DNA of 64,000 bases from Perna viridis. Taxonomy: Eukaryota. Location: the NCBI GenBank assembly GCA_037379345.1, contig CM074511.1, positions 4,092,001-4,156,000 of the forward strand, in the 5' to 3' direction. Position numbers and translations under genes: made by a program. Below the pieces are notes generated by a model. It was given only the letters and a program-made list of their open reading frames with translations. It was not told the DNA's origin and made no database searches. Shown in pieces: positions 26,901 to 38,830 of this stretch (its first letter is position 1; every line of letters begins with the position of its first letter).

Positions 26901-29900
26901 TATGGTCAGCTGTGAAATTAATAGTTCTTGTCCTCCCAGAGATAGTATACGTCGATTATCTGGAATACGGCCTGGTGTTGTACTCTCCCAATGTATTTCA
27001 GGAGTAGGACTATAATTTAACAGAATATATGCATAAAATGACTGTCTGATTACACAAGAAAGTCCAGAAGAAAGGTCTTTATTAAGAAAGTTGACTGACT
27101 TGCTGAAAACTTAAACAGTAAGAATACTAAAGCATTATCTATACATTGTAAATCTTAAACCTACAGAAAAATATAACACAAATAAAGCTAATGCATAAAA
27201 TACTTTTAACACTAAATGAACTTTTTGATATCTCAACTCTCCCTTAGTAGAATTAGTAGAAACACTAAATAAAAAATTTAAACAAGTTGATTATAAAGAT
27301 ACAAACTTACTTTCCACCATAAATACATTTGATTCTTATAGTTTCTCCAAGTAATCCAAATACTTCATTGGGTGATGTCCATAAGTAATGAGGATCACGA
27401 TTGGAATCAGTTCCTGTCAAAATAATTTAAGTAAGGATTGTAACTACTGCTATGTACATGGTTCTCACTAGGATTCTTACATGGTGAGTCCTGGGACTCA
27501 TCACTTTTTGGAAAGGTGAATCCCAGATTAACTTGGTGGATCCCACCCTTTTCCCTGGTTTAAAATCAGTTCAAGTGCTACATTGATCATTTTAGTGTGT
27601 ATAGTACTACATATGTACATGTATTTATAATTTCCCATGTTTCCTGTGTACAATCATTGGCTGTCTTCATAACTCTGTATATAGTGTATGTTTAGTTACA
27701 AAACTACTGTAACATGTATAATACCAACAGTCTTAGGAATTTTGGAAAAAAGTTTATTTCTGGAAAATGTGGGAAAAAATAATTTGACTTATCACTGAAG
27801 AAAAAAAAGTTTGTTTTAAAAAATTACTGAAAAAAAATAATTGTTGCCTAATTTAAAATTTGTTTTTGAAATTACTAGATATTATTATATAGACAGCAGT
27901 GTTTTATCGAATGGTTGCAGCTTTATTCCATATTGATTTTGAGACAAGTGTAGAAGCCACATAAAACCATGACTAGTTCCTGTGCATTATTCACAGTTAA
28001 ATGTTTAAAAAAAAAACAAACAACAGATGTTCAACCTGCCTGAATTAAATGAAGATCCAAACTCACAAATGTCAAGTAAAATTGCAACATTTATTTGAAA
28101 AACATGTCTTGCACCTGCTACTTCACATATTATTATTTTTTTTTTATCTTTAAACCCGTCTTTATATTATAAAATATCAAACTAAGAATGATTCTTTAAT
28201 TAGCAATTAGGGAGTGTGCATGAAATCTGCCTGTAACAAAAGTAAAATGATATACAAGTCACAAAATATCCAGTTCTGAACAGATTTCATGGTGAAATGT
28301 ATCTAGTTCTATCTAAAAGAATTTGTTTTACTCATTTTGAAATTATTAGACACAATTTTATATCAAATACTTCATTACTTAATTTTTTTGTAAAAAAATC
28401 GTATGATGAACATCATGTGTAAATAACTCTGTAAACTTCCGTTTCATGTCCGCTTGTCAAATGTTGAGCAAAGTTTTTCCATGATTTTTGGGAAAGTTTT
28501 AATAATTTTTAAAAAATTTGGATGTTAGATCACAGTTGATATTAAGAAGATTCATCCAGCAGATGCACAGAGTTTTAACTTGACACATCCTGCAAGTTTT
28601 TCATGTGTCAAAAACGCATGTACACGCTTTATTAAGAACCCTGTATCTATAGATGTTATAAACTTACTCATTTATAAAGGGATAACAGTTTATCATGCCC
28701 ATGATTGAAAACACTCACACAATCAGATGAACACTCAACATCACAAACAATAATAGTCATATTTCATTAATAGATACAATTTAGAATCAAGCCTTACAAT
28801 TCTAAAATCATATCTATCAAGTATGTTGTTATATTTTAATTGCTGGTCAATGAAAAGTATATCTGTATTTATCTAAATGATAATGCTATAAAAATATGAT
28901 ATCTTTAATATGGAATACATACCTGAGCTGCCATAAGGAGTGATTATGTAACCTTTGTCATAGGTGTTCTTTCTCATGAAATAGTTGGTAGCCATACAAA
29001 CATAAAATTTCCCATCCTCTCTATCAGAGGCTGTTACATGGGTAAAATATAAATTACCTGAAAAACAGATATATAAACCATACATACACAGGTTTTTCTC
29101 TGGGAACCGATCACATTTGCAAAAGCATATTATGAAGGGGCTTTCCCCCCCCAGAAAACTTGATTTTACTGAAAGTCTTAATCAACAAAAATACAACAAT
29201 AATGCATATTATCATGATGAAAAGAATTTATATTTTCTCTGACCTGGAAAGGATCTGAAATCCTCATTTAAATTTGGATATTGATTTGTTTTGTTAAGGT
29301 CAGAACGATATGCCATACAAATACTTGGATTTTGCAAAATCAAAGATTATCTGGTTGAAATCTACATAGTCTGATTCTAGATTCATTTTCCTTCATACTA
29401 ATGCCATACTTTTATTTGCAATTTTGTTTTATGTTGAAGTTTTTTTTATAATTTTACATGATAATGCCTTTTTTTACAATTTAAAAGTGATACTGTACCA
29501 TTATATGATAGATTTTTATTTCTGGATGTATAAAATAAAATGTGTAATGTACAGGTAAGAAAATGTTGAGCTGATTTTACTTTAAATAGTGTTGATCAGA
29601 TCAGTGCAAAAGTAATGATAAAACAAAGAGACCAACAAGATGGTTAAGTATAGAAAATGAATTAGATGTCAGCAAGTCTATAGGTAAGGACATACAAATG
29701 ATGTCACAATCTCCATAACGCACAATAAACTCATGATAGACACTTTACATTAACCAGCAACAAACAAGAATATTGAATTTTTGTTGCTTCCTACATTGAT
29801 GATACATTTTTTAACAAACCTTCCAAGTCCATTGTTATTCTTTTGTCAAAGTTAATTGCTTCTATACGCCCTGAGCTGGGATCCTTCAATACCCATTTTA

Positions 29901-32900
29901 TTTCAGCTTTTGGAATACTAGTAGGAGGTATACATTCCAGTTTTAGAGAATTCCCTCGTTCAACAGACACTGGTTTTGGATCCCCAAACTGAAAATCTTC
30001 TAGCATGGCCTCCCTCAAGTTAATATTAATTGATGTTGAAATTCCATGATCATTGTATGCATTACATTGAAATATTCCTTCATCTTTATCCTCTGGTCGA
30101 TTCATTACAATTGTTCCTTCATTAGGAAGCATTACCATTCTGTCACCATTACCACTTGGATCAAAAGCATCTTCATTTCTTGTCCATGTATATCTATAAA
30201 ATAATATCAAAAGCATCTTCATTTCTTGTCCATGTATATCTATAAAATATGATCAAAAGCATCTTCATTTCTTGTCCAATTCTTTGTTTAATAGCATAAG
30301 TCATTGTACAAGGCTCTTTTTTTCATCAGTCAGTAAATAAAGGTTTTTCCTTTACTTTTATTAAACTGTCGATAACAACTCAACCAAGTTCGATGTCATG
30401 TTATTTAGATGCTATCATGTATTAAGGAGAAATCAAGGAATCCAAGATTCTAGCGAAAATTAAAATTAAATTAACATTTAAAAATGTTGAATACAAATAT
30501 AAAAAAAGGAAGGATACAACAAGAAATATTTGAGCAATAATACATAAAAATAATAATTTTAATATATAAAATATATGCCCTTGCTGAGAAAACTGTGACA
30601 AAAAATATTGTTAGGAACACACAGACAAGGGTAAAACAGCATACCACCTCCTTCAGAGTAGGGGTATAAAAACTTAATTTCTAAATCCCAATCCCATTAA
30701 TGGGTGAAGAAATAAAATTATAATTACGTAGGGGCAGGAACTCCATCGGCTTTACACTGAATCTGTACGGTTTCTCCTACTTTGTAATAAACATCAAATG
30801 GAGGCTGTAAATATATTGCAGGTGGTCTGTTCGGAACTGAAATTATAAACAAAAACAATCTTGCAAATTTCAAAGTTATCAAGGGTGTCTACATTAAGGT
30901 GAATTTAGAAGAAATTGTCAAGGAAGACATTGTATTATATATATAAAGTGTTAGAAGTCAAAGGTTCATAATTAAAACGGACAGCCAATTGAAACAATCT
31001 AAACATAGTGTTAAATCGAGGATTAAAAGAGGGCATGGTAATTTTTTTCCCGAAGGGCACTTTTTGTTGCAATGTTTGATTTTTAGGGCACATTGATTTG
31101 TGTAAAAATTGTTATACGATTTAAAAAAATCACAGACCCTTCTGAATTAGAACCTTTTTATTTGAACTAAAACTTAATTAGAGAAAGTCACATACTTTCC
31201 AACTTTTAAAAATCCCCATGGAAAATGTGACAGCACGATGCTGTATAGTTTTCTTGGCACAGATAGAAGGAAACTTGGGCAATTTTTATTTTTCATTCAA
31301 TGCATACCATGAGGTGCAGTATATTAGAAAATGTAAAAAATATTCGAAAATGTTGATACTGAATTTCCAAAATCATCACTATTTGAAAGGAATAGTATTT
31401 CTATTAACTATTACATACAAAACTTTTGGGGGAAATACTGCATTGTTGAAATTACTGGAAATATAAAGACTGCAGGGGAGGTAACTCAATGATAATTTAA
31501 AAATTTGTTTACACACATGGTTCTACAAATTTAAGACCTTTTAAAATGACTGCATTGTCAAATTAATTGTGGAGTGTAATTTAATATTTAGAAAATTATT
31601 GGATGTTCATAAAATAGTGGTAGATCCAATCTGGATTTGTTTTCTAATTGTCAAACCCGGATCAGATGATTGCTCCTCGGAAATTATACATGTCAAAAAT
31701 TGACCCTTACCCTTTAGACAGCAATTAACACCTTTTGTCAGATTAATGACTCTTTTAATTATAGAAATGAGAATGAAAGCGAATAAGGGGTTCGATTTCG
31801 GAGTTTTAAGGTAATTTTGACAAAATCCGGTTTTGTGTAAAATTTGACCTAAAAATCGTATACGGTAAACAACAAAAATGGCAGTGAAGTTTTGTGATTT
31901 CAAGAGGGCTAAAATTCTAACAGGTGCACATTTTCGTGACTGAAAAGGGCATTTGGCCTGTTGGAAAAGGGGCATGGCATTCAGAAAAAAGAGCATGGTG
32001 TTGCGCCATGATACTTTGCTTTAGATTTAACTCTATAACACTTTATCTGTAGCAAGGCACCATCACACAAAATACTGTAGCATACCAAGGTACCATCACA
32101 CAAAAAACTGTAGCATACCAAGGTACCATCACACAAAAAACTGTAGCATACCAAGGTACCATCACACAAAAAACTCAAATACAAAATAGTTAAAACATGA
32201 CACGACTCATTGTGATATTGATACGAAACTGTATGGATTTTTCCCCACAAGACATGTCCTACTTTTCTATTTGCATAGTAATTCATCAATAATTTGAAAA
32301 AAAGTTAAATTTTGACCTGTACCAAGGACCAGTAGTAAAGTAGGACATGTCTTGTGAGGAAAAATCCATTAATCTTTGTTAAGATCAAAGTTATAGACTC
32401 TAAGAATGAATTCTGACTTCAACAAAATTCCTCACTTTTAAATCTGTTGATACATTTTCATTCCAAATTGAAGAAAATATATAGGACAACATGCTGTTGT
32501 GTATCACACATATTTTGTTCAATAATGAATTGTGCCTTAGATCATACAATATTTTTACAAGGAGCAGACAGACATGAAATAGTCAGGAAAAAAATGCCAT
32601 AAAAGATTGAGGCAACCTGTTTTCTTTGGATATAATCACAAAAATGGGAATCAGCCTGTCTCCCCTTTTGTGCAGAGCAAGATATTAAGACCTGATTGAT
32701 AAGAGAATATTAAGGTCCTCTCCAAAATCTAGTATCATTGAGTAATTTAAAATAATTCTTTAACTGCGTCTAAACAACAATTCATTTAAAATGCATCTTT
32801 CAAATGAAATACTCATTAGACACCCCAAGACAACTCATTTGATATCATATGTTACATAAACAAACTTACCTGAAATAACACACAAAAGGAGTGCTGATAT

Positions 32901-32927
32901 ACTAGTGAGAAATAAATGGATCTTCAT
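8316..32927 (-). CDS. Gene A: L1CAM/neuroglian-like adhesion molecule (SP, 6 Ig, 5 FN3, TM, divergent D/Y/R-rich tail), ~1398 aa, 22 coding exons plus 1 candidate cassette exon
   Basis: All exons bounded by AG/GT and phase-consistent; summed CDS 4197 nt; six Ig Cys pairs, five FN3 repeats, one TM helix. Confidence 0.92.
13037..13075 (-). CDS. Gene A candidate 39-nt cassette exon (R)DVKYSPTRQDSI
   Basis: Acceptor ggtattttcag, donor gttatc, phase 2-2, no stop. Confidence 0.55.
13634..13673 (-). CDS. Gene A cytoplasmic exon (A)PPRRRDEYGDDR
   Basis: Acceptor cttattttag; 40 nt, phase 1->2, required to join the TM exon to the last exon. Confidence 0.8.
13917..14057 (-). CDS. Gene A transmembrane exon
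   Basis: GWFIGLIISVLIIIALGILIYLMY followed by KRR stop-transfer; AG/GT. Confidence 0.92.
14338..14496 (-). CDS. Gene A FN3-5 C-half
   Basis: VSNLQTGTSYEVRLSVTN; donor gtaagt. Confidence 0.92.
14687..15578 (+). mobile_element. HINE/pearl-like element with internal tandem units
   Basis: 5' ATACCCCC and 3' GGGGGTATA subterminal inverted repeat, (ACAG)n microsatellite near the 3' end, repeated internal subunits. Confidence 0.6.
15601..15714 (-). CDS. Gene A FN3-5 N-half
   Basis: VPGFNIIHVNSTFFNVTW...FVEYRKE; donor gtgagc. Confidence 0.92.
16049..16237 (-). CDS. Gene A FN3-4 C-half
   Basis: LNGLTANQKYRIHMWGRTENGRGE; donor gtaagt (alternative in-frame donor ending at 16055). Confidence 0.92.
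16434..16715. mobile_element. Interspersed repeat, copy 1 (copy 2 at 61330-61655)
   Basis: Both sites share gagtgcc.aagaacgcctaga and ggagaaag..cgagagtgaaattac. Confidence 0.6.
16934..17077 (-). CDS. Gene A FN3-4 N-half
   Basis: VPGPVERL...VELAWSKP...LQGYDVGYQT. Confidence 0.92.
17373..17610 (-). CDS. Gene A FN3-3 C-half with RKRR site
   Basis: LQYW...TRKRRS...LTDLLPFTYMEAQICV...SGPS. Confidence 0.92.
18073..18218 (-). CDS. Gene A FN3-3 N-half
   Basis: ATFYWNWD...LNGRFRGFK; donor gtgaga. Confidence 0.9.
19645..20585. repeat. Degenerate ~32-bp minisatellite (atatcacacccctagacctatattgcatac..) interrupted at ~20135-20470
   Basis: Directly visible tandem units. Confidence 0.85.
20135..20340 (-). 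mobile_element. Fragment resembling an abundant bivalve retroelement-associated (Penelope-like) terminal repeat
   Basis: Minus strand GCTTACCCT.CCGG.GCACCTG...CCCAGTTTTTAGTGGAGTCCGAGTTGCTC followed by a T-rich tract; family assignment from memory only. Confidence 0.45.
20783..20881 (+). mobile_element. 3' terminal fragment of the HINE family at 55503-56104
   Basis: gacgccaagtgatggcaatagctcacatggcctttggcca.gt.agctaaaa. Confidence 0.7.
20897..21131 (-). CDS. Gene A FN3-2 exon
   Basis: PMPPIEQGGDNFHY...YVAYNVTIKASNQYG...HSGES. Confidence 0.93.
21323..21690 (-). CDS. Gene A FN3-1 and start of FN3-2
   Basis: DKPDPP...LTWTKGAFNNAPI...LWPGVHYSWRLLATNKIGISEPS...NPENVRG...LVIEWT. Confidence 0.95.
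22000..22287 (-). CDS. Gene A Ig6
   Basis: FTCSG...WLKDG...DSGLYTCVVTNGLD. Confidence 0.95.
22884..22974 (-). CDS. Gene A Ig5 C-half
   Basis: KIVLSDAGNFTCLAENQEG...LIVR; donor gtaagt. Confidence 0.92.
23451..23632 (-). CDS. Gene A Ig5 N-half
   Basis: LTCQTSGKPDPIITWFKG...GGRYQIMPNGDLHIT. Confidence 0.93.
24339..24605 (+). mobile_element. HINE-like insertion inside degenerate exon-end repeats
   Basis: Ends tcgcaggcaagacaaaaa as at ~6920-6936. Confidence 0.5.
24661..24819 (-). CDS. Gene A Ig4 C-half
   Basis: ITNLQKSDVMVLQCNASNIYGYVWGDFYLNVL; QCNASNxxGY is typical of L1-family Ig4. Confidence 0.94.
26241..26378 (-). CDS. Gene A Ig4 N-half
   Basis: KPYWTE..EPQD...FFCNATGDPKPELKWFINGVPLE. Confidence 0.94.
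26819..27009 (-). CDS. Gene A Ig3 C-part
   Basis: PTPEIHW...LLISQLTIEDKGSYTCYA. Confidence 0.92.
27311..27413 (-). CDS. Gene A Ig3 N-part
   Basis: LLGETIRIKCIYGG(N); donor gtaagt. Confidence 0.92.
28923..29057 (-). CDS. Gene A Ig2 C-half
   Basis: GNLYFTHVTASD...YVCMATN (L1-family GNLYF motif). Confidence 0.94.
29820..30193 (-). CDS. Gene A Ig1 C-part and Ig2 N-half
   Basis: YTWTRN...DEGIFQCNAYNDHG...LKLECIPPTSIP...RITMDLEG. Confidence 0.95.
30728..30836 (-). CDS. Gene A Ig1 N-part
   Basis: RPPAIYLQPP...VQIQCKADGVPAP. Confidence 0.92.
32048..32174. repeat. 33-bp tandem repeat, ~3.7 copies
   Basis: tgtagcataccaaggtaccatcacacaaaaaac units. Confidence 0.85.
32233..32369. repeat. ~32-bp inverted repeat (mini-MITE-like)
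   Basis: atggatttttccccacaagacatgtcctacttt / aaagtaggacatgtcttgtgaggaaaaatccat. Confidence 0.75.
32870..32927 (-). CDS. Gene A start exon, signal peptide MKIHLFLTSISALLLCVIS
   Basis: ccaaaATGA context, hydrophobic 19-mer, donor gtaagt in phase 1 matching the next exon. Confidence 0.88.
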
Positions 32928-33150
32928 TTTGGCAGTCTACAAATGGAAAAGTATAATGAACTGTAAGCAAAAGAAACGAAGTCACTAAGTAACAATAGCT
33001 GCTTATAAAGTAAGATATAAAAAGTAAAATTTTAATGCAAACCTGAAAGTCTCAAGTAGAATTTACTGACTTGCACATGTCTAGAGTCTCTTCACAACCA
33101 GCTGACATATAATTTCACAATGAAGTTGTGTTAAAGTGAAAAAAAAAGGT

Positions 33151-33198
33151 TTAATCATAGCTTCAGTGGAATTTCAATTCCACTGAAGCTATGATTAA
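33151..33198. repeat. Perfect 23-bp palindrome with 2-nt spacer
   Basis: ttaatcatagcttcagtggaatt-tc-aattccactgaagctatgattaa. Confidence 0.9.
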
Positions 33199-33699
33199 GT
33201 GAATATTGACAAAAAAATGAAATTATCTGATGAAAACATGAAAGATAAACATAAAAATGTGTGGTTTTATGTTATAGGACTAGTCATATCATCTGTAAAT
33301 CATACATACAATAATATTGAAGGCAAGTTTGAAACAGTTTGTATGAAGTAAAAACTTTGAATAAAATGCATAGTGGACTGTTCACGTTACATCATTTGGA
33401 AATCACAAAAAGAACTCAGGATAAAAAACAGGGAGACTGAAAACGAATTTGACTTAGTCAACAAGTAATACGTAGTCAAATGTTTTATGCACATAAAAAA
33501 AAGTGGACATAAGTGTTTTGAATTTTATAAAAATACCGGAAGTAAACGCGTATTCTTCATTTGCAAATTTCTTCAATTATTTTCGGCTGACCACTTTGAA
33601 AAATGAAACAATAATTAATTTGTAACCTAAATGTGATGTATGCTTAGTTTGAAAGAGCATTAATATCTGTATCTTCACATATGTAAATGTTTATCTCAC

Positions 33700-34335
33700 C
33701 TGTAAACACCTGAGTCAGGTCGCCATTTTCAAATTAGGTCATCCTCATTCGGAATATACTCGTGCTAATTGAATCGGAACTCCTCAGCCTTTCTACTTAC
33801 AAAGAAAAAGCGGGAATGGCAGAGTAGTTCCGCACTCGTCGCTACTATGGCCGAGTCCGTACCCTCCTTGAGATAGAGTAGCGGAGTCACCCGAGGTCTG
33901 CCGATTGGTGGGAATGGAAATTATCGCCAGTTTCTATGTCCTCGCGTGACATACAAGCAACAGCGTAGGAATATTTGACGACCCAAATAACCGTCTCTTT
34001 GTTTACTGCGTATGAAATAATGGCTAATTTGTGGCAAAATTGTCTAGTGTACAATGGAAAGTGATTAAATACAGTAACATATTAGTAATATAAAGTTCCA
34101 GACGAAAAGTACAAAAATTTACAACAAAAACCGTTGAAAATGCATTTCCGACATTTTTGGTCTAAATAGAACATCTTGAGTAGATAAGAATTCGATAAGA
34201 AGCACATCTGCAACCGCATATTTTCCAGGTGTTTCCCAATCAACCAAATATATCATCGATTCGTGACGTATTTCAGGGGCGGGTCTAGGTATAGACAGGT
34301 CTATGGTCTATGCGAGGGCGTTGTGCCATTTTTCG
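33700..34335 (-). promoter_or_regulatory. Putative non-coding exon 1 and promoter of gene A
   Basis: Donor CAG|GTGAGA at 33700/33699; local CpG enrichment; YY1-type AAAATGGCG 33721-33729, TGAGTCA 33711-33717, CCAAT 33904-33908, TGACGT 34264-34269, GGGGCGGG 34276-34283. Confidence 0.55.
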
Positions 34336-35397
34336 GGCGAACATTTAACATTTTTGTTTTCGCCACAAGTGTGATTATTGTGATAAAGGCGGTATTTTTA
34401 AGTTTGACAAAAAATTGATGTACAATGGTTTAAAAAGTATCATTTCTATTGCTACCATTTTATTTGTGTCATGTTTTTAGATATAGTACGTACGTTGTTA
34501 ATCTTATCGAGTTATATGAAGTAACTTGTGATCTGTGTATATGGAAGCCTATATCGGCCAGTGTTTTTTAATTAAAAAAATCAAGATAATATGTTGAAAA
34601 TTCAAGTTTAAAAGGAGTGGCCGATAGGCACCCGTGTCTGTGCATCCATTGGTGTTATTTTTTATTTTATTTTATCACTTTATACTAAAGTGATAATAGA
34701 AAAAAATAGGGCAAAAATAATAATAAATAAAACACAAACATTTATTTCTAGCAACTGATATTTCAACTAACTACTGAACTGCAATCTTAAAAGACAAACA
34801 ACTAATTGGGAAAATGAGGTTCATGTTAACCAAGGATCATATATTTAAATGAATGCATGTACACTGTTTGTTGAATTCATTTAACTTCTTGACTAGCCCT
34901 AAGGGGTATACAAGCATTTCATAAAAAAATATGTTTTAATAATTATGATAACCAGTACATGTAACAGCATCAAGGAGAAACTTGTTGATGTTAGGCCCGC
35001 CAATCACCCAGCCAGGTAAATTGAAAATTGATGAAATGGCTGACGAAATACCAACATTTTTCTTTATGGACCCTTCCTTTTTTGGCTCTCAATGTCACGT
35101 TTCGTCATCACAAAGGCCTTGCTACTGTGACGCCAAGGAAACAACAAGTTTTTGACTGGGCCGATGCATCGGCCCTCTGGCACTGAAAGGAGTACTACTT
35201 TGGGCCGATGATCAGCCCTGTGGCACAGAACTCGTTAGAGAAAAAAAACAAAAACACAAAACTTACGTAATCTGCTGAATATTGTATTGACTATGGCCAT
35301 TTATCATATTCATTCATTAAACATGTCATAATATGGTTTTCTTTTATACTGATTCTCGTAATTACGCCCTCGATCTATTGTCTAATGTTACAAATTA

Positions 35398-35650
35398 GAT
35401 TTCTTATATCACAAAACACTTTTTTTGTATTGAAAAATCATTTTTTAATATTGAAAATTCAAATGAATTTCTAATATTAAAAAACTATTTTTGAATATTA
35501 GAAAATGATTTTCTGATACTGGAAAATGGATTTGTCGTATTCAATGACGATTTTTCAAGATTAGAAAATAATTTTGTATTATTAAAAAATGTGACTGATT
35601 TTCTAATATTACAAATTCATTTTCTGATATTAAAAATTCAATTCCCAATA
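35398..35650. repeat. AT-rich ~21-22-bp degenerate minisatellite (tttctaatattaaaaa..)
   Basis: Visible periodic units directly abutting the LINE. Confidence 0.7.
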
Positions 35651-37275
35651 CAGGAAAAATTCCTACGAATTGGACCCAAGGAACTATAAAACTGATTTAC
35701 AAGAACAAGGGAGAAAAAGGTGACCCCAAAAACTATAGACCAATAACCATTGTTAGCTGTTTTGGAAAAGTTTTTACAGCCGTATTAAATGAGCGCCTCA
35801 AGAATTTCGCTGAGCAAACATCACTGTTGAAAGAAAACCAAAACGGATTCCGAGAAAACTACTCAACAATTGATTGTGCATTTATCCTTAATTCCCTGAT
35901 AGAAATTCAACAACACTCTAAAAAGTAACTATTCTGCGCATTTTTAGACTTTGAAAAGGCATTTGATACTGTTGATCGTAAATCTCTTTGGAATAAATTA
36001 TTAAGCAGCAATATAGACGGTAAAATGTTCCGTATTATCCACAATATGTACCAGAATATAAAATCAAGCCTAAGTTATGATAATCAAACATCGGCATTTT
36101 TCCCATGTAAAGTTGGCGTTAGACAAGGAGAAAATCTGTCGCCTTTTCTGTTTTCTTTGTACTTAAATGACTTGGAAGATTACCTCATTTCCGAAAATAT
36201 TGCCGGATTGAACAACATAAGTTCAGATATTGAAGAAAAGCTAGGAATATTTCTTAAACTTTTTATAATCTTGTATGCCGATGATACAACGATCTTAGCT
36301 GAAACACCAGAACAACTGCAAGAAGCCTTGAACAAGTTTAGAAACTATTGCGAGACATGGAAGATGAAAGTTAATGTTAACAAAACTAAGATAGTTATTT
36401 TCTCAAAAGAAAGAACAAATTATCCAAATTTCTACTACAACGGCCGTCAAATCGAAGTATTAAACAACTTTAATTATTTAGGAATTACCTTTAGTAAATT
36501 TGGCAGTTTTAAACAATGCAAACAGCAACTCAAGGACAAAGCAACTTGTGCTATGTATGAAGTTCTAAGTAAAGGTCGACTGCATAATCTATCTATAAAG
36601 TGCCAAATAGATCTATTCAATATACTTGTCAGACCGATATTACTATATGGATGTGAAATATGGGGACTTTAAAATATTGACATTTTGGAAAGAGTACAAT
36701 TAAAATTAAGATCCTCTTACACCTAAAATCATCGACTCAGAATGATGTCATTTATGGAGAATTGGGTTGTTTTTCGATATACATAGACATACAAACCAAA
36801 ATGATATCGTTTTGGACAAAACTGATAACAGGAAAAGAAAACAAAATTGCTTCAATCATATTTAAATACCTATTTAGATTAACGCAAATATCTACAAATA
36901 TCTAATAGACCACGACTTCTAGACAAGATGAAAAATATTCTAGATAATTGTGGATTTTCGTATCTTTGGACTTTTCAAAATACAACTAATATAAAACACG
37001 TAATAAAACAAAGACTAGAGGACCAGTATAAACAGAAATGGACAGGAAACAACAACTCACCAAAAACTATTAACTATCGGTTATTCAAGAATTCACATAA
37101 CTTCGAACAATATTTTAACATACTAAACGACAAAGATATTATTACATTTTCGAAGTTTAGGACAACGAACCACAAACTACCAATAGAAAGCGGCAGATGG
37201 CAAAATATAGAGCGTAATCAACGAACATGCCCTGTATGCAGAGATGCCATTGGTGATGAGTACTATTTGTTTCTA
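35647..37275 (+). mobile_element. 5'-truncated, inactivated non-LTR retrotransposon (LINE) RT region, possibly RTE-X-like
   Basis: KG...DPKNYRPI, QNGFR, FLDFEKAFDTV, GVRQGENLSP, YADD (36274-36285), YLG, C-terminal RWQNI..R.C..C..GDEY; in-frame stops at 35926-35928 and 36670-36672, plus frameshifts. Confidence 0.9.
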
Positions 37276-38334
37276 AAAAGAGTTTTCATTTATACAGTGT
37301 TACAGTTACAGAGCCCAGTCCACGAACGTACCACACAACGGGGTGTCTTAATAAGGTTATTTTAGTCTGAATATAAGTAGTTGATATGGACACGTAAAAT
37401 CTAGAAAAGCGAATGCATTAGTGAATGTTCGAACATTTTCCTTCATTTATTAAAAGAATAGCACACCACTTATATGGTTAGATTGGTATTGCTGTTTTCT
37501 TAGTCAGATTTCAAAGTGATAACTGGCCATTTTCACTGAGAAACTTGCACATACAGAAGACTCCCGTTACAAAATCATGGATTCACCCCTGTATTTAAAT
37601 GCCTAATTATATCATTTACTTGTTAGTACGTTTCAATGAACAAAATACCGGGAAAGTTGGCCGAAGACCTTTACTTTCTTTGGTGGGAGGAGTACAATAT
37701 AAATATATTCAGATTATTGAGATTTTTTTGCTTGTGGTTCGAAGTTAAATGGATATTTGTGTGGGAAAGATCAGTTGAATGCATATTCGGAGAGTTATTA
37801 TATTTCCACCACTTTTACATAACTTCCAGACCCCCCCCCATCGAGAAGAAAATGGTGTGTGCCTAAGGGAACAGGATTCACACAGAAAGCAGATGTATGT
37901 ACATAGACCTGTAATTAAAATTAATACAAGTCTCTGATATGCACTATAGTACTTAATGGTACATTAATGTATGTAGCCGACTTCAGATATTCACAACAAG
38001 AAGTTTTTTGTAAGAAAATGTTTGCAAAAGAAAAATTAAATAAAAAAATCCAAAAAGATTGGTGTGTGACACCATAAACCTGTAATTTAATTATAGGTCT
38101 CTTGTGTCACTTTTATATGCATCCAATGTTTATTATGGAAGGTGGAAGTAGAAAATAATAGCAGTAATAAGGTCTATACTGCTACCGCACTCTCCAAAAG
38201 AGGAGATAGTGGAAACCCACAAATTTGCTCAATCCTCCTTTGGTCTACTAAAGACAACGAAGTTGTGATCTTTTATCTTCATAGCATGATCTGTAAAATT
38301 TCCTACCAAGCCTCTTTCTAAACTATTAACTTCT

Positions 38335-38830
38335 GTACAAGTAGAAAAGAACCAGAACAACATTGTGTTTGTCTGCAAAACGTATTACATTCAATGTTTA
38401 TTATCAGAGGTAGTCAATTCAGACAACTAAGCCGTAAAATTTCGATTTTTAATTAGATGCTTTTAGAACTATTAAAACAACTTTTAATGTTGTAATAAGC
38501 CTCTGGTCAAATAACCTTTGCATGTGTTAATTATATAATGGCATTAGGATGTTTATATTATAAATCAAATCTAAAAATTAAATTGTACGGCAAACGGTAT
38601 AGCGTTTTTAGTATTCGATATTCGGAACTACCGACGTTTAACCGGTTAACTGTTTTTGGTATACGATATTTGATACTACCGACAGTTAACCGGTTAACTT
38701 TTTCCTTCTCTTCTGTAGTGATAACTTAAATCTTGTAGAAAATTTCTACAAGATTAAAGTCATCACCACAGAAGTTTTATGGTCGTCATCATGAACTCGC
38801 GGATCGTTATGGTGTATCCATCTGCACGAT
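38335..38830 (+). mobile_element. Penelope-like retroelement relic fragments
   Basis: Peptides NNIVFVCKTYYIQCL (38335-38412) and RLKSSPQKFYGRHHELADRYGVSI (38750-38830) resemble bivalve PLE-type RT ORFs; recognised from memory. Confidence 0.5.
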
